Shown: in pieces, positions 35,721 to 46,452 of the stretch | How positions within the stretch are numbered: the first letter of the stretch is position 1 | Layout of the letters: every line of letters starts with the position of its first letter | Origin: Candidatus Limnocylindria bacterium | GTDB lineage: Bacteria > Chloroflexota > Limnocylindria > QHBO01 | Length of the DNA stretch: 53,349 nucleotides | Assembly (NCBI GenBank): GCA_041499395.1 | Contig: JBGQKH010000002.1 | Location: 1-53,349 of the forward strand | Direction: 5' to 3' | Notes under the pieces: generated by a model | Databases searched by the model: none | Seen by the model: the letters and a program-made list of their open reading frames with translations, nothing else | What the model was told of the DNA's origin: nothing | Made by a program: the position numbers and the translations under genes

Positions 35721-36194
35721 GTGCCTCCTGTCATCGCCCACGCGCCGATGGAGTCCCCGATCGGCCGGCTCTGGGTCGCCGTCTCGCCTCTCGGCCTCGT
35801 CTCGATCACCCGCGGCGACCTCCCGGAGTCCGAGAGGCCGCTGCTTGATCCGCCCCCCGTGGCGACCGCGATCGCCGAGCTGGAGGCGTACTTTGCAGGT
35901 AGCCTCCGCGACTTCTCGCTGCCCCTCGACCTGCGCGATGCCGGCGCCTTCGACGCTGCGGTCTGGACGGCCGCGCGAGGGATTCCCTACGGCGAGACCG
36001 CCTCGTACGGGGAGCTGGCGCTGATGGCCGGCTACCCCGGCGCTGCCCGTGCAGCCGGCGGCTCGATGTCCCGCTGCCACCTCTTCCCGGTCGTGCCGTG
36101 CCACCGAGTGATTCACGCCGACGGCTCGATTCGCGGCTGGGGCGGCGACCTCTGGATCAAGCGCTGGCTCCTCGACCTGGAGACCGGCAGGTAG
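35721..36194 (+). CDS. ogt: methylated-DNA--protein-cysteine methyltransferase
   Basis: IPYGETASYGELA and the active site VVPCHRVI. GTG start 6 nt after TAGCAT (35709-35714), i.e. leaderless type. Confidence 0.88.
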   Translation: MPPVIAHAPMESPIGRLWVAVSPLGLVSITRGDLPESERPLLDPPPVATAIAELEAYFAGSLRDFSLPLDLRDAGAFDAAVWTAARGIPYGETASYGELALMAGYPGAARAAGGSMSRCHLFPVVPCHRVIHADGSIRGWGGDLWIKRWLLDLETGR

Positions 36195-36203
36195 GGCCCG
36201 CGA

Positions 36204-36632
36204 CTACGGACCGAACGGATCGGGAGATGGGTTCACTTCGAGATCGCACATCACGAAGGTGGCGTAGTCGCCCAGGGCTCCTGCGGCGGCAATGCGGTCA
36301 CCCTCCCGGGCCACGGTCCGACCGGAGGGGTCGATGAGGACCACGACGCCATCCTGCTCGCGACGGGCGGAGTAGCCATAGGGCCAGACGACCACGCGAA
36401 CGTGGTCACCGCTCTTGAACCTCAGCCCGTAGGTCGAGTCGTATGCAAGGGTGCCGCCGACGGCGGCTGCAGCACAGAGGCCGCCGGGCGCGGCCGTATT
36501 GATCGAAACCGGCCCGACGGGGGCGGAGGCGCACGCGGCTAGCAGCGCGGCCAGCAACACGAAGTTCAGGACGGACCGGGGCCCGCCGCGGCGCGTAGCG
36601 CAGCCGCGCAAGGCGGGGTCCGGGCCGGCCAT
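36204..36632 (-). CDS. putative lipoprotein
   Basis: Start taken at MAGPDPA (36632), right after the clpP stop. Signal peptide ends in the lipobox LLAACAS. No family recognised. Confidence 0.55.
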   Translation of the reverse strand: MAGPDPALRGCATRRGGPRSVLNFVLLAALLAACASAPVGPVSINTAAPGGLCAAAAVGGTLAYDSTYGLRFKSGDHVRVVVWPYGYSARREQDGVVVLIDPSGRTVAREGDRIAAAGALGDYATFVMCDLEVNPSPDPFGP

Positions 36633-36636
36633 CAAC

Positions 36637-37314
36637 TTACTTCTTCTTGCCCTCGCCCTTTGCCTCCGCCGCTGCCGCCTCCTTGGCGGTCGGCACGGTC
36701 CCACCGGCGGCCTGGGTCATGCTGATCAGCGACTCGCCGGAGCCGACGAAGACCTCGTCGATCAGCCCGTAGGCCTTGGCCTCGTCGGCGCCCATGTAGA
36801 AGTCGCGATCGGAATCGGCCTTGACCTTCTCCGGCGTCTGGCCGGTGTGCGCGGCGAGGATCCGGGTCAGGCGGTCGGTGAGGTGCATCACCTCGCGCAT
36901 CTGGATCTCGACGTCGGGGGTGTTGCCACGGAACCCCGCGGACCCCTGGTGGATCATGATCCGGCTGTTCGGCAGCGCGAAGCGCTTCCCCTTCGCCCCC
37001 GCCGCGAGCAGGACCGAAGCCATGCTCGCCGCCATGCCGATGCAGATGGTGCTGACCGGCGCCTTGAGGTACTGCATCGTGTCGTAGATCGCGAGCCCAC
37101 TCGTCACCACGCCGCCGGGCGAGTTGATGTAGAGGCTGATGTCCTTGGTCGGATCCTCGCTCTCGAGGAAGAGGAGCTGGGCGATGACGAGGTTGGCGAT
37201 GTGGTCCTCGATCGGCTCGCCCAGGAAGATGATCCGCTCCTTGAGCAGCCGCGAATAGATGTCGAAGGCTCGCTCGCCGCGAGCGCTCGACTCGATCACC
37301 ATCGGGACCAGCAT
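36637..37314 (-). CDS. clpP: ATP-dependent Clp protease proteolytic subunit, with a short Ala/Lys-rich C-terminal extension
   Basis: [42 protein letters not shown] (catalytic Ser), MIHQ (His). Start MLVPMV at 37314. C-terminal tail ...[16 protein letters not shown]. Confidence 0.94.
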   Translation of the reverse strand: MLVPMVIESSARGERAFDIYSRLLKERIIFLGEPIEDHIANLVIAQLLFLESEDPTKDISLYINSPGGVVTSGLAIYDTMQYLKAPVSTICIGMAASMASVLLAAGAKGKRFALPNSRIMIHQGSAGFRGNTPDVEIQMREVMHLTDRLTRILAAHTGQTPEKVKADSDRDFYMGADEAKAYGLIDEVFVGSGESLISMTQAAGGTVPTAKEAAAAEAKGEGKKK

Positions 37315-37318
37315 GCGT

Positions 37319-38662
37319 CTACTCCGTCGTCTCATCGGTTGTGGCGGGTGCATCCGCGGGAGGCGTATCGCCCCCCAGGGCGCGGTCGATCAGCGTGTCG
37401 ACCAGTGTACGGTTGCGCAGCGTCATGCGCAGGTACGAGCGGCCACGCCGCGAGGTCAGGTACTCGCGCAGGCGCGGCTCGTCGGGATAGCGGGCCAGCT
37501 GCTCCTCCACCTCCGCGTCGATCTCCCCGGGGGTCGCGTCGATCCCCTCCTTCTCGGCGATCGCCGAGAGGACGAGGAGTGACTTGACCCGGCGGCCCGC
37601 CGGCTCGCGCAGCTCTGCCGCGAGCTCCTCCGGCGACTGGCGGGCGATCTCCAGGTATCGGTCCAGCCCGATCTGCTGCGCCGCAAGGCGGTTGCGCAGC
37701 TCGTCGCGCATGATCTCGATCTCGTTGGCGATCATCACCTCGGGCAGGTCAACGCCCGCATTGGCGGTCGCGAAGTCGATGATCCGATCGGCGAAGTGGT
37801 GGCGTGCCTCGTCCGCGCCGCGGCGGGCGAGGGCATCGCGCACCTCGGCGCGCAGCTCGTCCACCGTCTCGACCTCGGCGACGCTCTTCGCAAAGGCGTC
37901 GTCGACCTCGGGCAGGATCCGCTCCCGGAGGTCGAGCAGCGTCACCTCGAAGTGGGCGAGCTTCCCACGCAGCTTCTCGACCCGATAGTCATCGGGGAAG
38001 GTCAGGTCGAAGCCCCTGGTCTGGTCGATCGTCATCCCGATCAGCTGCTCCTCCCAGCCAGGGATCATTCGATCCTCGCCGATCACGAGCGGCAGCCGAT
38101 CGGCCGAGCCGCCCTCGAACGCCTCCCCGTCGATGGTGCCGACGAACTTGACGGCTGCAATGTCGTCCTTTGCGGCGCCACGGCCGTCGACCGGTCGAAG
38201 GATCGCCTGCTGGTCACGCAGGTCGGTCATCACGGCCTCGACCTGCTCATCAGTCACCTCGACCGGCTCCAGGCTGAACGGGTAGTCGGCGTAGGCCCCG
38301 AGCGTCACCTCCGGCCGCACTGCGACCGTGGCCGTGAACTTCACGGTCGCTCCCTCGACCACCGTGGCGCTGTCGAGGTCGAGCTCGGGCTGGTCGAGCG
38401 GGATGATTGCCGCCTGGTCTAGGGCCGCGTCGTAGCTCTCGTTCACCAGGTGGTCGACCGCTTCGGCGAGCACCTCGGCCCGCCCCACGAACCGATCGAT
38501 CACGTGGCGCGGCGCCTTGCCGGGCCGGAACCCGGGGACCTTGGTCCGGTCGGCCAGGTGGCGGTACGCGGTGGCGAAGTGACGATCGACCTCGGTCGGC
38601 GAGACCTCGATCTCCAAGGCGACCCTGGAGCCGGGCTCGGGGCGAGTGGAGACGGTGACCAA
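37319..38662 (-). CDS. tig: trigger factor
   Basis: [10 protein letters not shown] ribosome-binding region, central FKBP-like domain, C-terminal helical domain. Start set to TTG 38662 (AGGAG 5 nt upstream), because the track ORF start would run into tRNA-Leu. Confidence 0.9.
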   Translation of the reverse strand: MVTVSTRPEPGSRVALEIEVSPTEVDRHFATAYRHLADRTKVPGFRPGKAPRHVIDRFVGRAEVLAEAVDHLVNESYDAALDQAAIIPLDQPELDLDSATVVEGATVKFTATVAVRPEVTLGAYADYPFSLEPVEVTDEQVEAVMTDLRDQQAILRPVDGRGAAKDDIAAVKFVGTIDGEAFEGGSADRLPLVIGEDRMIPGWEEQLIGMTIDQTRGFDLTFPDDYRVEKLRGKLAHFEVTLLDLRERILPEVDDAFAKSVAEVETVDELRAEVRDALARRGADEARHHFADRIIDFATANAGVDLPEVMIANEIEIMRDELRNRLAAQQIGLDRYLEIARQSPEELAAELREPAGRRVKSLLVLSAIAEKEGIDATPGEIDAEVEEQLARYPDEPRLREYLTSRRGRSYLRMTLRNRTLVDTLIDRALGGDTPPADAPATTDETTE

Positions 38663-38683
38663 GGCAGCTCCTGATGCTATGGA

Positions 38684-38767
38684 TGGTGGGCGAGGCGAGA
38701 TTCGAACTCGCACGTCTTGCGACACCGGCTCCTAAAGCCGGCGCGTCTGCCGTTCCGCCACTCGCCC
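38684..38767 (-). tRNA. tRNA-Leu (anticodon UAG), type II with long variable arm, CCA encoded
   Basis: Folded by hand. Acceptor GGGCGAG/CTCGCCC, anticodon stem CCGGC/GCCGG with loop TTTAGGA, variable arm GTC-GCAA-GAC, T-arm GCGAG-TTCGAAT-CTCGC, then A-CCA. Confidence 0.9.
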
Positions 38768-38802
38768 ATCGACGCATGGACGGCGGGTGCCGTCGGGGGA
38801 GT

Positions 38803-39447
38803 CTAGCGCGACGACCAGCCGCTGTACCGGCTCGGCTCCGGTTCGCCCCGCACTGCCGAGCTTGGCCCGCCTGGCTTGGCCTGCTCGGCAGGAGCCGGCT
38901 CGATCGGCGTCGTAGCCTTGGGCGACCTGGCCGCCGGCTCGTTCGTCAGGAAGCGCGCGATCGCCTTGCGGGCGAGCGCCGCCGCGATCAGGGTCAGCGC
39001 TGTCTCGGCGGCATTCCAGGCGGTTCGCTGCGGGCCGGGCGGGCCCTCGACCATCTGCCGTGCCAGTTCCTTGCGCGCCTTCTTATCCCTGATCGGGTCG
39101 CGCCGCCAGCGGCGAAGCTCCTCGACCACCTCGTCTCGCACGGCCGACGACCGCGAACCTGCCTCCCCGGCGAGCGTATCCACCCACGCCTGCATCGTTT
39201 TCGGCAGCGCGTCGTAGGCCTCTTCGGCCGCGTGCGGCGCCATTGTCCCGCGCAGCAGGCGCGCCAGCCGGCGCGGCCCGCCGACCACCAGGAAGGCGGT
39301 TGCGGCGCCGATCCCGATCACCACCCCTGGGTTCTCGCGCACCCGCTTCCGCAGGTCGAGGGCGTCGCGCAGGCGCGCCGCCGTCGCCTCCAGCTCCGCG
39401 CGCTGAGCCGCGATCTCTACCCGCGTCTGATCAATCGTTTCGCCCAC
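38803..39447 (-). CDS. DUF3618 domain protein
   Basis: The N-terminus MGETIDQTRVEIAAQRAELEATAARLRD followed by a TM (VVIGIGAATAFLVVG) is characteristic of actinobacterial DUF3618 proteins. Usual pairing with the holin-X-like gene upstream. Confidence 0.78.
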   Translation of the reverse strand: MGETIDQTRVEIAAQRAELEATAARLRDALDLRKRVRENPGVVIGIGAATAFLVVGGPRRLARLLRGTMAPHAAEEAYDALPKTMQAWVDTLAGEAGSRSSAVRDEVVEELRRWRRDPIRDKKARKELARQMVEGPPGPQRTAWNAAETALTLIAAALARKAIARFLTNEPAARSPKATTPIEPAPAEQAKPGGPSSAVRGEPEPSRYSGWSSR

Positions 39448-39824
39448 GCGACCTCCTCCCTGACCGATGCAATCGTCTCTTCCGGCGGGCTGAACTTGAT
39501 CTTCTTGATCCCCCGCCAGGCGAGGAAGGCAGCGATCCCCACCAGGAGGAAGGTCACGATCAGCGAGACCACCCAGCCCGGCCAGCCGAGCAGCGCCGCG
39601 ATCGCGAGGATGAGAAAGACGGTGAACGAGATGAGCGCGGCGACCACCAGCGCCAGCGCGATGCCGAACAGGATTGCCGCGACCCGTGCCTCGGCGAGCA
39701 TCCCGCCGATCTCCTGGACGCCGTGTTGCACCTCGAGCCTGGCCAGCGCCACGAAGCCGGCCACCAGGCGACGCGCAAGCGCGAACGCGCTCAGGCGCGG
39801 TTCATCGGTCTCCTGGGCGGACAT
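39417..39824 (-). CDS. phage-holin-superfamily-III-like membrane protein (actinobacterial holin-X / DUF1469)
   Basis: LARLEVQHGVQEIG... followed by two long TM helices and a basic C-terminus. TAGAAT lies 9 nt upstream of the ATG. Confidence 0.75.
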   Translation of the reverse strand: MSAQETDEPRLSAFALARRLVAGFVALARLEVQHGVQEIGGMLAEARVAAILFGIALALVVAALISFTVFLILAIAALLGWPGWVVSLIVTFLLVGIAAFLAWRGIKKIKFSPPEETIASVREEVAWAKRLIRRG

Positions 39825-39903
39825 CTCCCGTCGATTCTAGCAAGCGAGATCGGCAGGGCCCGATCCCGCGAGCCAAACGTCGCTCGGCTATCCTTCGCCG
39901 CCA

Positions 39904-40563
39904 ATGGCCAAGCGACGCACCTCCGGCATCCAGCGCCGATCGCGCGCCTCCGACGAGGCGATGAGTCGCCGTGTCGGGAGCGGGCGGGGCCGCTCGCTCG
40001 ACTGGCGCCTCCTCTCGATCGGGGCCATCCTGCTGCTCGGCGCGGTTGTCCTGTTGCTCTTCGTCCTCTTCGGGCGGGGCGGCGACAGCGGTGGCGGCAA
40101 CGTCGGGCGGCAGCAGGTCGACGACGGCCGGAACCACATCGCGGAGGGGACCTCCGGCGGCCCGTATACCTCCGTTCCCGCGACGTCCGGCCCGCACTGG
40201 TCATCCGCCGATTCGCCCGGCCCATGGGGCGTCTACCCGGGCGACCAGCCGCAGCCGCAGGAGCGGATGCTCCACAACATGGAGCACGGCGGGATCATCG
40301 TCTGGTACGAACCCGGCAAGGTGAGCGCGGCAGACGTGGCGGCCCTCACCAGCTATGTGAACCAGCAGATCACCACCGTGCAGTTCAAGGTGATCCTCAC
40401 GGCGTGGAGCGGCCCCGACTTCGGGCACGCGATCGCGGTCACCGCGTGGGATTGGCTCCTATACCTGGACAAGCCCGACCTGGACGCCATCCGCACCTTC
40501 CTCGACGCGCACTACGACAAGTCGCCGGAGCCGTTCGGCGGCCCGGCGCAGCCCGGGACCTGA
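39904..40563 (+). CDS. DUF3105 domain protein (N-terminal TM, extracytoplasmic domain)
   Basis: PATSGPHW...MLHNMEHGGIIVWY...AVTAW motifs typical of DUF3105. TATCCT lies 9 nt upstream of the ATG. Confidence 0.82.
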   Translation: MAKRRTSGIQRRSRASDEAMSRRVGSGRGRSLDWRLLSIGAILLLGAVVLLLFVLFGRGGDSGGGNVGRQQVDDGRNHIAEGTSGGPYTSVPATSGPHWSSADSPGPWGVYPGDQPQPQERMLHNMEHGGIIVWYEPGKVSAADVAALTSYVNQQITTVQFKVILTAWSGPDFGHAIAVTAWDWLLYLDKPDLDAIRTFLDAHYDKSPEPFGGPAQPGT

Positions 40564-40789
40564 CTGGATCCTCGCCCGTCTGACCGGCGCGCGGGCGCTG
40601 GCACCGCTTGCTGCCGCCACCTGCCGAGCCCTCGCGGGGGCGGCATGCGACGACCACACCTAACTACCCCTAAGTGCACAAGACCGTGACAAACGGCACT
40701 AGGCGGTCAAAGGTGCGTTACCAGAGGCTTCGAGCACCGCCGTCGCCGCAGGGTCCCTGCGGCCCGCGGCACCTGGGAGGGCTCCTATC

Positions 40790-41368
40790 GTGCGAAAGAT
40801 CCTCGTTTCGCTGTTCCTGATTACATCCGTGGTCGGGATCGGCATGTTTGCCACCGGTGCCTATTTCACCGACACCGTCAACATGAACAACCTCACCTTC
40901 AATACCGGCAGCGCAAGTCTTGAGTTCGGCTTCTGCCCAAGTCTCCAGGCGGATTGCTCGACGGCACCTGCGAACCTTCATAGCCTGTCGGTCTTCCCGC
41001 CCGCGACGATCGGCCCTGGCATCGCCAATGCCGATTGCCTCGTGATCGAGAACAAGGGCGCCTACGCGCTCAACCTGACCGGCGGGATCGCCACGTACAC
41101 CCAAGCGATCGGCGGCATGGACGGTGCCTTCCTCGTCAAGGCCGAAACCACGGACTCGTCCTGTAACCCTGGCTCGGGGCCCGTGATCTTCGGCTCCCAG
41201 AGCCTGGTCAGTGCTTACGGGGCCGGACCTCAGTCATTCGGCTCGTTGGCGCCCGGTGGCCGGCTCTACGTGATCTGGTCGAACTCGTGGAACAGCACTG
41301 GCGACCAGAGCTCGTTCCAGAACAAGACGATCACCGTGAACACGTTCATGACCGGCAAGACCGCCTAG
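40790..41368 (+). CDS. TasA/camelysin-like (peptidase M73 family fold) secreted protein with a SipW-cognate signal peptide
   Basis: GTG start after GGGAGGG. The N-terminus is MRKILVSLFLITSVVGIGMFATGAYFTDTVNMNNLTFNTGSASLEF. This matches the TasA-type signal and first strand pattern (xGTxAYFSD...N.F..G.L.L). Codon usage is noticeably AT-richer than in neighbouring genes. Confidence 0.72.
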   Translation: MRKILVSLFLITSVVGIGMFATGAYFTDTVNMNNLTFNTGSASLEFGFCPSLQADCSTAPANLHSLSVFPPATIGPGIANADCLVIENKGAYALNLTGGIATYTQAIGGMDGAFLVKAETTDSSCNPGSGPVIFGSQSLVSAYGAGPQSFGSLAPGGRLYVIWSNSWNSTGDQSSFQNKTITVNTFMTGKTA

Positions 41369-41403
41369 CCGATCACGAATTGCAGGCGAGCGGTGCGCTC
41401 GGG

Positions 41404-41964
41404 ATGGCCGACGCACCGCATCGCAAACGGACCGAGCGGACGTCGATGGCTCACCTGCTGACGCTTGCCGGGCGAGGGTTGCAGCTGGCCCTCTGGATCG
41501 TCCTGCTCGGCTTCGTCGGGCTTGTCGGAATGTCGCGGGTGACTCGCTTTGAAGCGCTGGTCGTCCGGAGCGGCAGCATGGACCCGACCATCGCCATCGG
41601 CAGCATCGTCATCGTTGACCGGTCGGCGCGCTCCCCCGCCGTCGGGGCGATCGTCTCGTTCCGCGAGCCGGATGGCTCCGTGGTCACCCATCGGATCGTC
41701 GGCATCCAGGGCGGGCAATTCGTGACCCGCGGCGACGCGAACCGGAGCCCGGACGCGATCCGCCGTCCGGCGGCAAGCATCTATGGAGCGGTCGTTCTCA
41801 GCCTCCCGTACGCGGGCTACGCGGTCCATGCACTCCAGCAACCGGCGGTCTTCCTGCTCCTGCTCCTCGGCTCGGGCGGCCTGATCGTGCTCGGCGCGCT
41901 GCGCACGATCTACCGCGAGGTCATCCGGCTGGCGCACCACGAAGGGCCGATCAATGAGGGTTGA
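41404..41964 (+). CDS. sipW: signal peptidase I, archaeal/eukaryotic type (SipW-like, S26B)
   Basis: SGSMDPTI (catalytic Ser box), THRIV (His box), GDAN, and a C-terminal TM. ATG 41446 is an alternative start. Confidence 0.85.
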   Translation: MADAPHRKRTERTSMAHLLTLAGRGLQLALWIVLLGFVGLVGMSRVTRFEALVVRSGSMDPTIAIGSIVIVDRSARSPAVGAIVSFREPDGSVVTHRIVGIQGGQFVTRGDANRSPDAIRRPAASIYGAVVLSLPYAGYAVHALQQPAVFLLLLLGSGGLIVLGALRTIYREVIRLAHHEGPINEG

Positions 41965-42745
41965 GCGCGCACCGCGCTTCGCCCTCGTTGCGATCGCCGT
42001 TGGGCTCGCCGTCCCCGGCCTCGGGGCCACCGGCGCGTTCTTCAGCGACACGGTCAGCCTCAGCACTGGGTACGTGGTCACGCTGCCTGGCAACCCGCCG
42101 GTGCCCACCGATTGCGAAAGCGGGGCCTTCAAGCAGGTCATCGTCGGGACTGCCGGCGACGACACGATCCATGCCGGCAACGGGGGCGCGCTCGTCTTCG
42201 GCCTTGGCGGGAACGACACGATCTACGGCGGAAATGGCAAGGATTGCCTTGTCGGCGGCGCCGGCGACGACACGCTCTACGGCGGGAACGGCAAGGATGT
42301 GCTGCTCGGCGGCGCTGGCAACGACACGCTGTACGGCGAAGGCGGAGGCGCAGCCCCGGGCGGGAACGGCAAGGACCTCCTCGATGGCGGCGCTGGCTTC
42401 GATACCTGCCATGGCACCAGGAAGGACACCTTCGTCAGCTGCGAGACAACGGGGATGGAGGACGCTGGCGAGCTCCAGGGTGGAGCGTCAAGTCCGCCGC
42501 CCGCCGGAATGTCGACTCCGGACCCTACTGCGACCCTGAGCCCAAAGGCGGACCCAACCCCATCGTCGACGCCCGAGCCGGCGGTGACCCCCACGCCAAC
42601 ACCCGTGGCGACGCCCGAGCCGGCGGTGACCCCCACGCCAACACCCGTGGCGACGCCCGAGCCGACACTCACAGAGACGCCCACCCCAAACCCGACTGCC
42701 AGCCCCGCACTCACGCCCGATACAACCCCTACCCAGGCACCCTGA
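41954..42745 (+). CDS. secreted protein: SipW-cognate signal peptide, RTX-like GGxGxD calcium-binding repeats, Pro/Thr-rich C-terminal tail
   Basis: LGATGAFFSDTVSL signal region, then about 7 nonapeptide repeats (GGNGKDCLVGGAGDDTLYGGNGKDVLLGGAGNDTLYG...), then TPEPAVTPTPTPVA repeats. An 11-nt overlap with sipW suggests co-translation. Confidence 0.75.
   Translation: MRVERAPRFALVAIAVGLAVPGLGATGAFFSDTVSLSTGYVVTLPGNPPVPTDCESGAFKQVIVGTAGDDTIHAGNGGALVFGLGGNDTIYGGNGKDCLVGGAGDDTLYGGNGKDVLLGGAGNDTLYGEGGGAAPGGNGKDLLDGGAGFDTCHGTRKDTFVSCETTGMEDAGELQGGASSPPPAGMSTPDPTATLSPKADPTPSSTPEPAVTPTPTPVATPEPAVTPTPTPVATPEPTLTETPTPNPTASPALTPDTTPTQAP
42568..42665. repeat. perfect 42-nt tandem repeat (2 full copies + a partial third) in the Pro/Thr tail
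   Basis: GACGCCCGAGCCGGCGGTGACCCCCACGCCAACACCCGTGGC at 42568-42609 and 42610-42651, then GACGCCCGAGCCGAC. Confidence 0.9.
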
Positions 42746-42860
42746 CCGCGGCACGATCGGGCGCCGTGGACCCGGGGAGCGGGCGACGCTACACTACCGG
42801 CCTCCGGGCACGACGGCGTTGCGCCGATTCGGCCTGATCCGAGCGAATGGGACCTTTCGC

Positions 42861-42935
42861 GGGCGGCTAGCTCAACGGTAGAGCAAGTGACTCTTAATCA
42901 CTAGGTTCAGGGTTCGAATCCCTGGCCGCTCACCA
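42861..42935 (+). tRNA. tRNA-Lys (anticodon CUU), CCA encoded
   Basis: Folded by hand. Acceptor GGGCGGC/GCCGCTC (one G-U), D-arm GCTC-AACGGTA-GAGC, anticodon arm AGTGA-CTCTTAA-TCACT, T-arm CAGGG-TTCGAAT-CCCTG, then A-CCA. Confidence 0.9.
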
Positions 42936-42944
42936 CTCGATCTC

Positions 42945-43160
42945 TGCACGCGGTGGTGGCGATGGTCCGGCTTCGTGGCCTCCATGCGCTCAGCGACGCG
43001 CTGCCGCATCGGGTCGGTGAGGTGCCCGTAGGCACGCGCGGTGGTTGCGATGGTCCTGTGTGGTCCGGGGCCGTTGGGCCAACAGATCCTGATGAGGGGT
43101 GCTGACATTCAGAAGGACTAGATCCGCGGCGATCGGGAGCGTGCTGTCGACCCCGGCCCT
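42945..43160 (-). pseudogene. remnant of a tyrosine recombinase (phage-type integrase) C-terminus, frameshifted and truncated
   Basis: One minus frame reads ...GPHRTIATTARAYGHLTDPMRQRVAERMEA, the typical LGH-sIaTT-x-YgHL integrase end. The neighbouring frame upstream reads ...STLPIAADLVLLNVSTPHQDLL, the preceding helix pattern. No intact N-terminal part. The track ORF runs antisense into the tRNA. Confidence 0.5.
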
Positions 43161-43201
43161 CCTCCTTGTCTTCACCGGCGGGCGAGTTGATACTGCCCGG
43201 C

Positions 43202-43375
43202 ATGGACTTGCGCCCGGGCATCATCCTCACGGTCACCGGGATCATTGCGATGGTCGTCGTCCTGATGCCGAGCAGGCCGAACAAGACACTGTCGCGGCGT
43301 ACCGGAGTCATCATCGCAATCGTGCTGCTCGTGGTGGGAATACCGCTGCTCGTGGTCGGCATCCTTAGCCGCTGA
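43202..43375 (+). CDS. possible small membrane protein (57 aa, two TM helices)
   Basis: MDLRPGIILTVTGIIAMVVVLM...GVIIAIVLLVVGIPLLVVGIL. AT-richer than the surroundings. No family, and it could be spurious. Confidence 0.35.
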   Translation: MDLRPGIILTVTGIIAMVVVLMPSRPNKTLSRRTGVIIAIVLLVVGIPLLVVGILSR

Positions 43376-43514
43376 CGAGCGTGGAGCGGGCTAGGACGCG
43401 GCGATCGGTAGCGCGCAGGCGACCCCGGCCGCCCTAGCCGGGCTCGTGCGCCGATTCGCCGGCCACCCTAAGGAGTCGGCTCCGTCCGCCCATCATGATC
43501 CTGCATGGCGGCCC

Positions 43515-45898
<2,384 letters not shown>

Positions 45899-45902
<4 letters not shown>

Positions 45903-46255
45903 CGGTCCTGGATCAAGCCGAGGACGTTTCCGTCCGGGTCGCTGATCGTGGCCACCAGGCGCCCGCCGCCGACGTCGCGCGCCGGGTCCTTCAGGGTGGC
46001 GCCCGCGGCGGTCACCCCGGCCAGCCTTGCCTCGATGTTCGGCACGTGCCAGTAGGCCACCCCCGAGGCCATGACCTGCGGTCCCCCGCCGGGCACCAGC
46101 CCGATCTGCTGGCCTTCGGCCTCGAAGCCGACGTAGTACGCCCCGTCGGTCTGCGGCGGAGAGCCGAGCGGCGCGGCGTACACCGCCTTGGCCGCCCGGA
46201 GGTCGGACACGGGATAGAGCACGGTCTTGATTCCCTGCGTGGAAGAGCCGGTCAT
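45899..46255 (-). CDS. VOC (glyoxalase / bleomycin-resistance / dioxygenase) family protein
   Basis: Start MTGSSTQGIK at 46255, with GGAG 6 nt upstream. Beta-alpha-beta-beta-beta pattern ...LYPVSDLRAAKAVY... and ...RLVATISDPDGNVLGLIQ. The stop overlaps the uvrA-like start (ATGA). Confidence 0.82.
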
Positions 46256-46452
46256 GGTCACTCCTCTCTTGGTGATCTCGGTGGGGGCCATGCTAGCCAG
46301 GCCTTGACGACCGGCGCTTCTCGATTCCTGATCGGTCTCGTCGCCTGGGGCAGTCATCGCCGGCGCGAGGTTGCGCCACGGCCGATCGGAACCCCGGGAG
46401 CACCTGCCCCGTCTGGACGGTGAACGTCCTTCCGAATCCCCAGGAGGCATCC

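Noticed and set aside
42872-43108. 78-aa ORF as an intact gene
   Set aside because: It runs antisense through tRNA-Lys, and only its middle resembles the extreme C-terminus of tyrosine integrases. Treated as a pseudogene stump instead.
42936-43514. attR-type direct repeat of the tRNA-Lys 3' end
   Set aside because: I looked for copies of TTCGAATCCCTGGCCGCTCACCA or its 3' half in 42936-43514 and in the SipW locus. None was found, so no island boundaries are claimed.
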